64,000 nucleotides of DNA from Enoplolaimus lenunculus (Eukaryota): the NCBI GenBank assembly GCA_030248215.1, contig JASANG010003582.1, positions 248,001 through 312,000 on the forward strand. Direction: 5' to 3'. A program made the position numbers and the translations under genes. Shown here piece after piece: positions 1 to 13,103 of this stretch (its first letter is position 1; each line of letters opens with the position of its first letter). Below the pieces are notes generated by a model. That model was not told the DNA's origin, made no database searches, and worked only from the letters and a program-made list of their open reading frames with translations.

Positions 1-68
1 AATATATAAGTGAAACTATTTGCCATTTAAATTAAATAGAATATAAAGCTAGTCTTTTTTTGGTTCAG

Positions 69-205
69 ACCGTAACAAAAACACGTATCCCAATGGATCA
101 TCGCTTCCTTCTCACATAGCAACTTTACCACAAAACGGTTATAATCCAAAAAGTGAAATGTTGATGTTCTGCCAGTTAAGCCTCGAGCCAATGACCAACA
201 TTTGA
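69..205 (+). CDS. Probable terminal coding exon of a gene starting upstream of the window (…RNKNTYPNGSSLPSHIATLPQNGYNPKSEMLMFCQLSLEPMTNI*)
   Basis: Pyrimidine-rich acceptor TTTTTTTGGTTCAG ending at 68. Open frame (phase 1) to TGA at 203-205. C-terminus T-N-I resembles a class I PDZ-binding motif. No family recognised. Confidence 0.4.
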
Positions 206-624
206 CATCCAACCCAAACAGTGCTTCTTGTACGGTTGTATAGCAATGCTAACGTCCGTTTTTGCAGAAATTGTTAATTTTCCAACATTGCCGTTGTATT
301 AGCTAAATCCTATAAACGTCGGCTGGGATGGCACGTGTTCGATTTGTTCTTTGCGAACTGAAACATACATGATCGGTCACAAATTCAAATCATAACCTTA
401 AATTAACACACATAACGGAGGGTAACTATATATGAACTGAACGAATTTACAATTTTCGAGTGTATTTGAATTTATAGCAATCAAAATCTTAGATCGGCCG
501 ACCGTAAAGCAGCTGCTTTAGAATTGGCAATGCGGTTCGAAATTGTTTTTCACCCGTCACTGATGCTTATCTATAAAATTCCTGAGCCCTGCTAGATGAA
601 AAACCATCATTTATATCTAACAGG

Positions 625-984
625 CAGGGTACAACCGGAAGTATGCCTCCGGTTCCGGCACAAAAGCGGCCTCCGACTCCGGCTCCGACTTCGTTAGAAT
701 TTTTACCGGAGGTTCCGGCAATTTCGGTAGTAAAATTTTGCATAATTTTGCAAAATATATCTGTTTAGCGCGTTTCGATTTATTTTAGTCACGGTTTTCA
801 GGAAACAATTTCCGAAGTTACGCAGAAAATTAGCGGAAAACCAGACAACTTAACAACATATTGCAGATACATTTAGGCTAAAATGAACTAATTAACCATC
901 ATTTTTACTACCTAATTTCACCTCACCTCCGGCAAGTTTCCTTGACCTCCGGCTCCGGCATTTTGCACCTCCTGTTGCACACTC
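625..984 (+). mobile_element. hAT-like MITE (CAGGGTACAACCGGA family)
   Basis: Collinear with 26241-26585. Confidence 0.75.
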
Positions 985-1041
985 CCAACAAGAATAACCA
1001 TTATATATACATATGTGTAGAAAATTAACCTTACGATTTGA

Positions 1042-1256
1042 GGCCCATGTATAGAACAGGGCCAGAACAGTAGTATATGCATATTCCTAAACCTACGCCT
1101 AAGCCTAAGCATAAGCCTAAGCGTATGGATGAGCCTATTCCTAAGCCTAAAGCATAAGCCTAAGCCTAAGCCTAAGCAAAAAAATAGTCTAAAGTTTAAA
1201 CTGACTCTATTATAGCCCCTCCGGAAAACGGCCCGGCCCTGTTCTATACATGGACC
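1042..1256 (+). mobile_element. Merlin-like MITE with internal (CCTAAG)n = TTAGGC repeats
   Basis: TIR GGCCCATGTATAGAACAGGGCC … GGCCCTGTTCTATACATGGACC. Imperfect 8-bp TSD CGATTTGA/CGAATTGG. Confidence 0.85.
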
Positions 1257-3870
1257 CGAATTGGGAATCTGCTTATGTGTGAATATTTAAATGTTAAAAA
1301 ATAATACTAGTTGCGCTAGTGTATCGCCTGCCCAAATTAATTAACTACTTTTAATAAAATCGGTTAGGTACAATTTGAGATTCACGTACCCACAAAAAAG
1401 AGAACTGCCCAGTAAAGTGACCAAATATATCCAGCAATAATAACGGAAGAAATTAATTGAAGAAAACCAGCTAAAATATTATAACCGAATCCTTTCCACT
1501 TTGATTCGTATTCTGTACTGCCACAACAAAACACAGTGAAAGCCGACAAAAAAGTTCCTGAAAATAGTGAAAAATAAAAGTTTTTAGCGCAATTCTTCGC
1601 GTTCAGTTTCCATGCTTCGAGTTAGATGAGAATATATGTGTATGTATGTTGCTGCGCCACTCCCAAATCATATTTCAAGCTAGAAACTAAAACACAAAAC
1701 TAAATTTATACCTCAAGCCACACCTTAACGGAGGCTTGGGCATCAACTAGTCTCTCTTAGAACTTAAGTTAGGTTTGGGCATTGCTAAACGACGTAAAGA
1801 TCCCAAAACTGTATGCTATTGAGGCTGTGCCGTAATGTTAAGTCTAGGATAGTCCCGCGCGGTCATTTTAAATAATGTTTTTGTAAATTGGATAGCTTTT
1901 TCTGCGAAAGGACATAGCTTAAGTCCAAAGGCTCACAAAACCAAAGGTTTTACGCTATTCAGCCAAATACGGGGGCTGGGATAGCCAGCCTCCATATTCA
2001 TTCTGAACTTGGCAGCTGTACGATTTATTGCGTTTCTTTTTGCGAGTTAACTGATTTAAAATTTAAGGTTTTGCATTTGACTGTTTTGTTGGTTTTCGGA
2101 CTTCTTCGGCTTTAGTTGAATCTAGTCACGAAAGCGCTTTGTGATCGGATTCGTTAAAGCAATTATTACTTATCGCGTGCAGGGCGCGCAGAGAATACGG
2201 GCGTAGAACCTGAGAAACATGGGGAATTCTAGGGAATGTAACTGGGTTCTGTAAATTATTGGAGTTAAACGGATAAAGGAATTAACGGCATCGTAGTAGA
2301 ATTGTAGTATTGGCAGGCTAAGCAATATATATTGCTTAGTGCCATACTCGTATGCTATATTCGATTTGGGGGAATAAAAGAGGCAAACGACTGCATTGAA
2401 GAACCGGAGCTGTAAAGCGTCATTGAGAAAAAATCTCAAATCGAAGTTGATGATCAAGCCGGTGAATCTAGTGAAATCACGAACTTCTCACATGTACGTT
2501 TTGATTTGTATAAATCGAAACTACTCGGTAATAACAGATATTTGTAGTCCATTTAACTTCAAGTAATCACTTGCTTTCAAAAAGAGTTCTGGGTTCCGTA
2601 TTCTTAAATCCGTAAAGCTCTTATCGTCTATTAGCAATAGGTTGCCAAACTGGCGTACTCCTGCAATTGTAGATCTCAAAATAGGCACAGAAGTAGTAGA
2701 ACCCAAATCGAAAAACTATACTCAGCTTTGGCTCCCACCATGCACTTACTTCCAAAGCTATAAACGGATTCTAGAATCATTAAATGCAACCGTAAAAATT
2801 GCTTTACATAAGCTACTTCAACAAGCGGTTGCGTAATGCAATTTAATATTCTAAATTAATTGTTTATAAGCTACTACTAACAACAATTATACCTACATAC
2901 CTAATCCTGGTACAACACAATTACAAATACAACAAATAATTGCACATGGTAGCGGCATTTTGGCAATAGCAGCACGAAATGGACCGTGAATTTCACGGAC
3001 GCGCAGTACTTCATAAAGTGTATTTTGCCGAACCATCATTGGACGATGTGTTTCACCGCCGGTAATCATGAAAGAACCTCTCGGTTCGTTCGGATCCCGT
3101 TTATAGTCGGCTCGATCTGTGACGTCATCAAACGCTAAATGTGCTCCGTGTCCTGTCATGATTTATGCTAATTTTAAACTTAAATTTATATTTTATAATA
3201 CATAAGTAGTCAAATTTATATAATTAAACGCCTGTATCCTCAAATGTGTTACACCTAATGTAAGTTGATTGACAGGGTTTCCAATCGTCCCACCAATGAA
3301 TAGTGTAGGTCCTAGTTTAGTAAATTCATTACAATTTGTCTATGCTAATTCTGTGCGGATTTTGGTTTCAATACGTGGAATGGGTTTGCTTGTGTGAAAA
3401 CCCCCATTTAACCATCCGGCAATAGGTGCTACTGAAACAAAAAATTTTCATTAATATAACAAGATATATACTTAAAATTTCTATGGCTTAAAACTGAAAA
3501 AACATATTGCCGAACAGTTTTGGATTCGGCTTATGGATGGGTCTATTTCACGACCGATCCGAATCCGAATCTGAACCACAAGTTTTTGCCGAATCCGAGT
3601 ATGAACCTTTGTTGCCACGTCTGTTTTGAAGCGAAACTCGCATGAAATCCTCGCAATACTGATATTAGTGTAGGGATGCGCCAGTGCCCAAGCCTTTACG
3701 TTGTTACACCACCGACCTTATAATCAAAAGAGCATACATTTGGCAAAATTTGAAGTTAAAAAATTGGTTTGGTTTAATCAAAAATTGTGACACTGAGCCA
3801 AAAAAGAACCAGACAAAAAATGGGCGGTGTATATACATTTTAAGAAAATTCTGTCTTTCACTGTTTGTGT

Positions 3871-4177
3871 TGGGTTGTGTTGTGACAAAGATGTCACATA
3901 TAGGGTATATCTGTATGTATATATATTCAACTCAACGGCAAAAAGATCAAAGACACTTAAACGTAACCGAATGACGTATGGACATGTAGCCGGAAGTAAA
4001 CAGCCCGTTATGTCAACTGCATTCTGGGTTGTGTTGTGACAAAGATGTCACATATAGGGTATATATATGTAAGTATATATTCAACTCAACGGCAAAAAGA
4101 TCAAATACTTAAACGTAACCGAATGACGTATGGACATGTAGCCGGAAGTAAACAACCGGTTATTTCAACTGCATTCT
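3871..4177. repeat. Tandem duplication, two ~154-bp copies
   Basis: GGGTTGTGTTGTGACAAAGATGTCACATATAGGG…CCGGAAGTAAACA…CAACTGCATTCT starts at 3872 and again at 4026. Confidence 0.9.
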
Positions 4178-6022
4178 TTTTGTAAGATTGTTTTGATTCC
4201 TCATAGCAGGCTGACTAATTACATGCCTGGTGGCATAATTACAAACCTTTATATGATATAATGAAAAGCGGTATTCATAATGTGCTAAAAGTATATTGCA
4301 ATTGACACTTCGATTGAAAAGAAAACGCGGACAAACTGAGACTTTAAGAATATTCCAGTGTCTTGTGTTTTGGTATATGTGACATAAGCCCGCAGCCATA
4401 AGGGGGCCAGTACGGGGCGCTTCCGGTCAAAAACGCCAAAACATTGTGGTAGAAAAAAATGATATGATTCCATATACTTACGAAATTTTTCATATTGTAT
4501 CAGCATCCGGTAGAGCCGCAGAAACGTTTCGAATTTATACTTGACGATATTTGCCGCCGTCGCTTTGTTAGAAAACAGATACGACTGATAAATCGCGGCT
4601 GTAAGCTGGGCGTGCCTTGCTATTTTTCAGCACAAAGAAATGCTGTAGTGACTCAAATCAGAGGGGGTAATAAAAATGGGTTTATTTTGAGTACTCCAAA
4701 TCATTAGGAATCTGTATCGCTAATTAGAGTCCTATATGAACACAATCCTTACGTCATAATTATAGTCTATAAAAGAGACTAAAGCATAAGAATGACCTGG
4801 GCTGTTAAACCCTGAAATATATTAACGGAAATAAAACTGGATAGCAGGCCTTAATCGAATAACAGGAGGTCCCATCTGGAGATGCCAAAAATATCAGCGC
4901 CCCTATTTATTTTGGTCACTGCAGTAGGCTGCTAGTCACCACCTGTTTAAACCGCGTATCCGTCCTGCATGTGTTTCACTTTATAGGGCATAGCCTGACC
5001 CAGAATGTACTTTTTGGAAAGGATATTTGTGTCTTCCGAAAACATACAGCTTAAGCTTGTTTTTAGCAAAATTTTCAAATTTTTAAAAACGACTAATTGC
5101 GTCAAAGTTGAAAATTTTTTGTGAAATCGTGGGTTTTCCTTGCCATAATTTTTTTTATGAGCTTGAAATAAGCCATTATTTACATCGCAAAAATTTCAGC
5201 AGACTACGGCCACTTGAAGATACATCCTCCATTCCCTTTGGATACGCCCCTGATTATGGGATCGACAGCATAGAAAACGACTAAACTGTTAGCAACTGCA
5301 ATGTGTAAAGAAAAAATGAACGGAAATTGAAAAACGATAATTCGAATTACAAACCATACTATTTACTCACATATGAGCGGAAATATAGGACCGTTTTGAA
5401 CTACAAATCTCAATACAGCAACATGCACAATATATCTTGAAGCGAGACGTCTACGTAATCGTTTGAATGCCGACAAATATCGTTCAGGTCCTGAATGCAA
5501 CGGAAAACGGAAACATCATCAGTTAAACGCTAAACAGACTCAATTGCATCGCTACGCTATACGCTTGCGACTTTCGATTGCAATAAAAAACTGCAATAAT
5601 TGATCATCAAATGAAATCTCTTGAAACATAATTGGAAATACAGAAACAAAAAACTTCATTTGCTATAGCATATTTCCACCAATCTGTATACATCGTTTTT
5701 TTTTCAACTCCACAGACGGTATGCACCCCCAAAAATCACATTGGTGGTATATTTTTTGTATTTTAGGCAGGCGCGCACATATATAACGGCATCAAATTGT
5801 AGCGGGGTGCAACGATACGAGTGAATTTTATATTGAAAAAAGTGCAACAGCGCTGCTGCAAAATGCAGACAAGACGCCAAATTTTATAGCGATCTCCTAA
5901 ACAGCGCAATCGGTAAAGCGGTTGAGTGTTTTTAACACTTCAAATGTATATAACAAGAAGAAAATAAAACAATACAAAACACAAAATCCAAACATAAAAA
6001 CAAATATAACGTCAAGGGAAAA

Positions 6023-6078
6023 GCAGCTGCAACAACAACAACAACGGCGACAACAACAACAACAGCAACAACAACAGC

Positions 6079-6109
<31 letters not shown>

Positions 6110-6133
6110 TCAACAACAAACAAACAAACAAAC

Positions 6134-6168
<35 letters not shown>

Positions 6169-6341
6169 CATGCTGTTGGACTCATCGTGGCGCTCACGCG
6201 CCAACGTCCTCGGACGCCGACGACATCCTTCTCAACTAGCATCCATTTACCAGTGTATCGTATTCGGGGCATTGGAGCGAGACATCCAAAAACCTACAAT
6301 AACAACTACTACAACAGCAATAGCAACAACAGCAACAGCAA

Positions 6342-6385
<44 letters not shown>

Positions 6386-6411
6386 ACAACAACAGCAGCA
6401 GCAGCAGCAGC

Positions 6412-6448
<37 letters not shown>

Positions 6449-6459
6449 GCAGCAGCAGC

Positions 6460-6502
<43 letters not shown>

Positions 6503-6509
6503 GCAACAG

Positions 6510-6541
<32 letters not shown>

Positions 6542-6610
6542 ACAGCAACATCATCATCAACAACAACAACAACAGCAGCAGCAGCAGCAGCAACAACAAC
6601 AACCACAACT
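6023..6610. repeat. (CAA/CAG)n compound microsatellites in two blocks (6023-6168, 6295-6610)
   Basis: Direct reading. These explain the poly-Q/N/T/L/V ORFs. Confidence 0.97.
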
Positions 6611-6614
6611 GTGC

Positions 6615-7050
6615 AGGGTTCAACCGGAATTCCTGTTCCGGCCGGAATTCCTGCAGAAATTCCATTCTTGTTCTTGTTCCTGTTCCTGCATTCAATGACG
6701 CAGGAACCGGAATTTTTTTACGGTATTGTGGCAAATTATTCATAATCATTTCAATATTGGAAGCTTTGTCTTTGAGAAATCTTTTATGTCAAAATTTGTG
6801 TTTTTGTACCCAGTTCAATTCTGTTACTAAATATTGTTCGTGATGTGTTTTCGCAAAACTTAATGATGAAATAGCTGAAATTTTCTCCCTTAAGCCATTT
6901 TTTGGCAAGTTTTCCAAAAAGCCCAACAGTAATTCGGTGATGAAAATTATTCAAATTCCGGTTCCTGTTCCTGTTCCGGTTCCTGCATAAAAATTCAATT
7001 CCTGTTCCTGTTCCTGTTCCGGCAAAATTTAGTTCCTGTTGCAACTCTGC
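6615..7050. mobile_element. hAT-like MITE with TTCCTG/TTCCGG subrepeats
   Basis: CAGGGTTCAAC … GTTGCAACTCTG ends with clustered GTTCCTGTTCC repeats. Confidence 0.6.
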
Positions 7051-7869
7051 AACTGTGACACATGATTGCTTTACGTTTCTTTCCGTAATGTATTACAGAT
7101 AGTGCCAAGATGAGTGAAACCAACAATGTGAGATGAAAGTGTACGCAAATTGCAGGAATATTGAGAAAAAAGCACAAACAAACACAAACAGCTCGAAAAA
7201 AACTATTAACAAAACATCCAAGAACTTTTCTGTGCGGCTCGCGCTTCTAAACGTTTAACTTTTAAGCTCAAATCGCCTGACTTTTGAGGATGTTTTTTCG
7301 GTGCGCATATTTTATGGCAGAGTACTGAAATTTCAAGTGACTATTAAAGCTATTGGGAGTGGTTTGAACTTGGATTTTATATGCTTTAACTGGTTTCGTA
7401 GGTTTTGTCACCAACGTGTATCCTACTACTACTGTTTGGGCCTTTCGGGCTCTTTAATAGTGTGCCATTCGGTTTTGTTGACATAGTTTCCTGAGATTTG
7501 AATTCTTGTGTTATATAAGACGCAGGCGTACTTAACCGTTTACGTTACTATTTAGGGCCGGCGCCTAATTCTGGTTCGTACTCACTCAATTTTGCAACAG
7601 GATGCGTTATTACGTAAGCAGAAAATGGTTTCTTCGATGACATTCTAATGGTATACCAACTACCGCTATCAAACACAATTATGCTATTTTTTCAACCAGA
7701 AAAATTTGCAACCACAAAAACTTCTTCTTACTGCATGCAATCTGATACAGAAATTCGAAAAAATATGGCGTTCGCTAAAGCAGAACATTAATTTGCCGAT
7801 ATTTTTACGAGATACAAGTTAAACAGGCAGAAGTCACAAGATCATATCAAACAAAGCATCATTTGCGGA

Positions 7870-8505
7870 CTACGATATTTGGTCGCCGAACATCTCGTCA
7901 ACACCGGCATCCTGTCACCCGGACAACTAGTCAACCCCGACCACTTATCGCTATGACAACTCATAGACCAGACAACTTGGCGCGCCGACAACTTGCCGAC
8001 ACAGAAAACTTGTCGATCCAGACAATTCGTCTTCCCGACAACTCGTGGACCGGGACAACTTTTCGCGCCAATAACTTGTGGACGCTGAGAACTTGTCGCC
8101 CAGAAAACTCAACGGGTAGACGAGTTGCCGTACCTACAGGAACGTAACAAGTTGTCGTGGTCGACGAGTTGTCGGTGTCGACGAGTTGTCGGGGTCGACG
8201 AATTACCGAGGTCGACGAGTTGTTTTGGTCTACGAGTTGTCGGGGTCGACGAATTGTCGGGGTCGACGAGTTCTCGGGTTCGACGAGTTGTCGTGGTGGA
8301 CGAGTTGTCGGGGTAGACAAGATGTCGGGGTCGACGAATTACCGAGGTCTACGAGTTGTTGGGGTCTACGAGTTGTCGGGGTCGACGAATTGCCGGGGTC
8401 GATGAGTTCTCGGGTTCGACGAGTTGTCGGGGCCGACCGCACCGAAATCGGGGGGCCGAAAAACTACGAATTGTCGACGAGTTGTGTTTCGACAAATTGT
8501 CGCGA
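7870..8505. repeat. 17-bp minisatellite (CGACGAGTTGTCGGGGT) in two inverted blocks
   Basis: Left block of degenerate CCGACAACTCGTCG units to ~8110; right block of GTCGACGAGTTGTCGGG units at 8150-8500. Confidence 0.85.
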
Positions 8506-10707
8506 TACCTCGCTGAACAGAGTCCATTCTTACAAACTCTATTATGTAAAAAGCGGAGTCCCTTCCATGGTCATATGCCATTTCAGTGCGAAACCTTTAA
8601 AAACAAAATGTAGGTTATCCCTTTGGATCCGCCAGTAGAACGAATAGGAGGATACATGCCTGTCTTAAACTTCTGAAAAAACCAGGGAAACACATGCGTA
8701 CAGGTTCAAAATTCAACATCACTTTACTAAAGCTACCGTGGCTCCTCTGGGCAAAACGCAGGGCGATTAGAGTTGTGTTTTCTATCGCCCCAACAGACCT
8801 ACGGCGCTAAGCAGTATGTTATACAAACGGTTTTCTAATTAAACCGGGGTTTCAGTTGCATCTTTGCTTCTATATACTTTTTAATCTTAAAGTGATTTCT
8901 GCATCTATTTGCGATTTTTATGTTTCTCTTTGATGCAACATTTATTGCAGATATATGCAGCGTTTAGTTCGGAACCTAAATTCTGTTCATTCTTCATATT
9001 TCAATAAAACTGCAAATCCTGTTTGCACATTTTTTGCCTGACTCAACCCCGCAAGTTTGTTGCTGTAAAAAGTTGATGATTTGCTAGTTTTAAAGATCCC
9101 AAATCACCACTTAGTTTCAGTACTATCCCGTCCCGACGTTATGCTTATCGCTATGATTTAGACGCGCGGCCGTATAAATGTTTACTGCTCACCCCAATAC
9201 CGATATGACACTAATTATTAATATAGCACAATTACGACAAAGGTTAAATGTCATAACTGTTGTAGACTGATCCTAAATCGTGTGTGAGACGTGCCTAAAT
9301 TCTGTTTAAGCTAATCACTGGCTCCACAACAATCAAGGTGCTTTCTTTCACATTTCAGCCACCATGGCAACCTTAGATTCCAATTGCTCCAATTCTTAAC
9401 CAAAATACTAAATTCCGAAACCCTCCGCAAAACTAGGTAAACACCAATGCGCAAAAATATGATTGAAACTAAATGCCGTAAATTGTATGATGACGGATCT
9501 GATCCTGATTCCGGTCCTGGTTACCCTCTGGGTGTCTCAACCCATTTTGGGTGCCGGCCGACACCTAAAATTGGGTGTCCGCAAGCCGTCCAATACAGAT
9601 CGAGACACCAACAACTAGAACAACAAAAACAATACTGTATTGACCCGAATAAGGGGGTAATAAGAGGGGGGTCCCCATTTTGGGTCCGAATCAATAGGAG
9701 TCCGTATCCCTAATAAGAGTCCGTAAGCGGATAGTCCCTAAAACCTAATTAGGGTCCACAAATGTCAATTAACCCTAATTGCAGCACATAAATGGCTCCA
9801 GGACCAAATAATTTGAGTTCGAAACTTTAAAGCCTACTTACATTTTGAAAGTACATTCCTAAGTATAGCCTTGTAGTGTGTGCAGCATGCATCATGGACC
9901 ATGTTATGCGGGGTTCATGTTACCGATTGTGCGCTAGGGACCTGTTTTGTCACCTACCCATAGCAGGAGGTAGAAACAACCTATTTGAATAGGTTGCTAA
10001 CTAGCTACTACCCATATGGGTACCTTTACGTTTGTAGCTATGGGTAACTATTCTTCGGTTTGTTACCCATATGGTTACCTTGCGTTTGTTTTAACAATAT
10101 TTATAGTTTGCGTAATTTTTTAGATTTTTCCAAAGATAAATTGTAAAAAAGACTAAACCAGACTTCTAAAACAAAACTCACTGCACTGAGCCGTTTTAAA
10201 GAGCAAGCATGAAGGTTCATTATCTTGCCATCTATATGGGCTACGAGCAGACATCGTGACTCTACGCATATGGGTAGGTCAATATTTCAAAAATTTAGCT
10301 ATGTACAACCTTTTATTTTCTGTTGGTATCCAAGGAACAAAAAGCAGGGACCGCGGGCAAGACAAAACAGGACCAGCGCACACACAAAGCGAAACCCCCA
10401 CAGGCACCCGCAAAACCACCACACCCCCCAAATCACAGATCAACGTTTTTGCGCCTGCTGATGCATTAGTGTGTGATTTTCAATTCTTCCGACTTTTTCC
10501 GTATTTTGCGGAAAAACGGAAAACGTTTTTCCGGTCGATTCGGTTTTTTCCTAAAAAATCCAACCCTGGTCCCTTCTGACAAACTCAGGAGAAAACAGTT
10601 GTTCTTTCTATGACGTATTGGCACAGTGGCATGTGTATGTGTCCTAATGTGATGAAGTATGCGCCGGTCAGAGAGTCTGCCAGTTATTTGGTGATTGTAC
10701 ACATTTA

Positions 10708-10890
10708 CAATGGCGGATCCACGGGGGGCCCACACCGGCCGTGGCCCCCCAACAGCATCTCGACAAAAATTATATTGGGACTCAAAATGGGGACCCCCCT
10801 TTTATTTGGGTCACTACAGTATGGGTCAAAAATAAGTTTATTACCTGTGAAATTTTGCCCCCCCATTTTGAGATCCTGGATCCGCCACTG
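10708..10890. mobile_element. hAT-like MITE
   Basis: TIR CAATGGCGGATCCA … TGGATCCGCCACTG with perfect 8-bp TSD CACATTTA. Confidence 0.8.
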
Positions 10891-11228
10891 CACATTTATA
10901 TGGGTAACTTTGGATATATCAATTGGAAACACTGCAGTTACGAGCTAAGAAATCGCATGTGGGCACGCTTTTTTACAGTAGCAAAGCGTAGATAGTACAT
11001 AGTGTATGACCAGAATGGTGTGTAAATCTTTGCAATTTTTTGACACAAAAATTTTCCGATCCGAAGGTTAATTCTCGCGACCTCAAAAACTAAGTTTTCA
11101 AAAATACAAATTTGGGTATGAAATCATCTGGAGAGGCTATGTGAAGCCTATATAAAAATATCTTCAAAATTAGACCTGTTTTCGTCAAATACGGATGGGA
11201 GAAACGAAAATAGTGGAATTGCGTTCTA

Positions 11229-12005
11229 ATGCGGAGTTCACGTTATAAATGGTGCAGGTGGGTCACGTTTTGTCACGCTCTATATATTGGGTAACATTTT
11301 GTCTGCGATGTAACCCAATATGATATTCCAAAAACAGTGATTGTCTGCTATAACATCATGTATCGGTCACGTTTTGTCTTCAAATATTATATGATGTTCC
11401 CTACGTCTGTCAATATCATATGATCATTTAGAAAATGTCTACTGAGTCAGTTACATAACTACGATTGCGTATGGCGGAATATCTTATGATACTAACCGAC
11501 ATGTGCCGTTAGTGTCATATATTAGAAATAACATACTAATAATATGTCGGGAATTTAAATTGTGGCGGAAAATTGAAAATTCGGCCGGAAAAATCAAAAT
11601 TTGGGGCGAAAATGATATTTTTGGCAGAAAATTTAAATTTTGGTAGGGAAATTTAAATTTTGACGGATTGTCTTATGAAATGTCATGAACTACATAATAG
11701 AATATCATATAAATACACTTATACTGAATAGTAAAACTCATATGATTCTCCAAATCCGTCTTGCTGAATATCATATCATACATGCTGTTAATTTGGAATA
11801 TCATGTAATATTCACCAATATGTCTGCGTGACGTACCAACACTTGTATGTTCAGATCATCTGTGTACCCGTGCTTTGTATTGCAATATCACATGATATTC
11901 GACTTTTGTCTGTCCGTATCACATGATGGTAACAAAAATTTATTTTGATGTCTAACATGCGACAAAACGCAACCCGACTTCCCAGTTATAACGTGAACCC
12001 CGCAT
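11229..12005. mobile_element. MITE with TIR ATGCGGGGTTCACGTTATAAC and ATATCATATGAT subrepeats
   Basis: Inverted ends. Related copy in opposite orientation at 50194-50876. Confidence 0.75.
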
Positions 12006-12156
12006 AATGTCTGACTGAATCAAACATACATACCTCATAGTACATTAACGGAAATACTATATGTCGGACCTGATTGACATTTGTATTTAAATCTTTATAT
12101 TGATATCCTTTGTGATCGTATGCGTTGCCTCAAACAATTAGTATATATTATGTGAG

Positions 12157-12327
12157 CAGGTCCGCCGCCAGCTCACCTTGCTAGGGGAGGCTAAAAAATT
12201 TTCAAGAGGGTCATTTAATAGTTTTCAATGACTTACAAGTACGTTTGAAAATCTTCTATAGGGGTAGCCAAAATTTTTCCAGGGGGGTTCAGCACCCTCC
12301 TCTGGCCTCCCTTTGGCTACGGGCCCG
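12157..12327. mobile_element. Member of a CAGGCCCGTAGCCAG…GGCTACGGGCC short repeat family
   Basis: Related copies at ~16296-16435, 31550-31700, 46538-46700, 53608-53773 and 56460-56630. Confidence 0.65.
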
Positions 12328-12734
12328 TATGCGAGAAACTAATCCAAAGTTCAGCTGTACTTTAGTATATCAACGTCCCACCGGTGCAACTTTATGTTTG
12401 CTAGCCGGCACTAGAAAAATCCCACTGATGGGGCTGTTGGCAACGGCTGTGCATTAAGAAAAAGTTGCAGCAACCAAGTTTTGGTGCAAAAATATATAGC
12501 GGCAACATAAATTAATAATTCTAAACTATAAAACATTTCAAATAAAATGCTTAATATTTTAAAAACCATGGTATCCTTTCAAATACTATTAATACAGCGA
12601 GTATTAATTTTAGAATTGTTCTCAACGACGAAACGAATTGACGCATGCATTTCACTGATACACTCCGATTCGCAACGTTTTCGACAAGACCATTACCATA
12701 GGGCAAGGAAAACTTCGATCACATACAATTCTAT

Positions 12735-12917
12735 GGCCAATGTAAAGAACAGGAGCAGAACAGTATATAAGCATGTTCCTAAGTCTAAGCCTAAGCCTAA
12801 GCCAAAGCGTAAGAATGATCATATTCCTAAGCCTAAGATAAGCAAAAAATTTAGTCTAAAGCTTAAGCGTTATAGTCCCACAGAAAAACGTTCCGCCTCT
12901 AAACCTTTGCATGGGTC
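12735..12917 (+). mobile_element. Merlin-like TTAGGC MITE
   Basis: GG-terminal TIR remnants, perfect 8-bp TSD AATTCTAT, CCTAAG repeats. Confidence 0.85.
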
Positions 12918-13103
12918 AATTCTATTAATGGAGATGAAAAAATTTTCGATTAGCAAAGCAATGTCGTTTGCAACGGGCGAAGTTGTTTGTCGAAGCCACG
13001 GCGCCTTTTGGGGCCCCTGTCGTTTAAGGCCTGGTTGCTTTTAGCGTTTCACGTAAAGTATCTGCTAAAACTGGTAATTATTTAAAATTTAAATCTCCGA
13101 TTG

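Noticed and set aside
5371..5490. Minus-strand exon (CATTCAG acceptor, GTGAGT donor)
   Set aside because: Splice-like signals only. No recognisable coding content or partner exons, so not listed as a feature.
5922..6843. Poly-Q/N/T/L/V ORFs
   Set aside because: Open in many frames on both strands because of CAA/CAG microsatellites. No splice or domain support.
7863..8638. Overlapping ORFs with repeated VDELSG/STSCRG
   Set aside because: These are translations of the 17-bp minisatellite.
12547..13044. 165-aa ORF with KPKPK repeats
   Set aside because: It runs through a TTAGGC MITE and another repeat, antisense to the GPCR 3' region.
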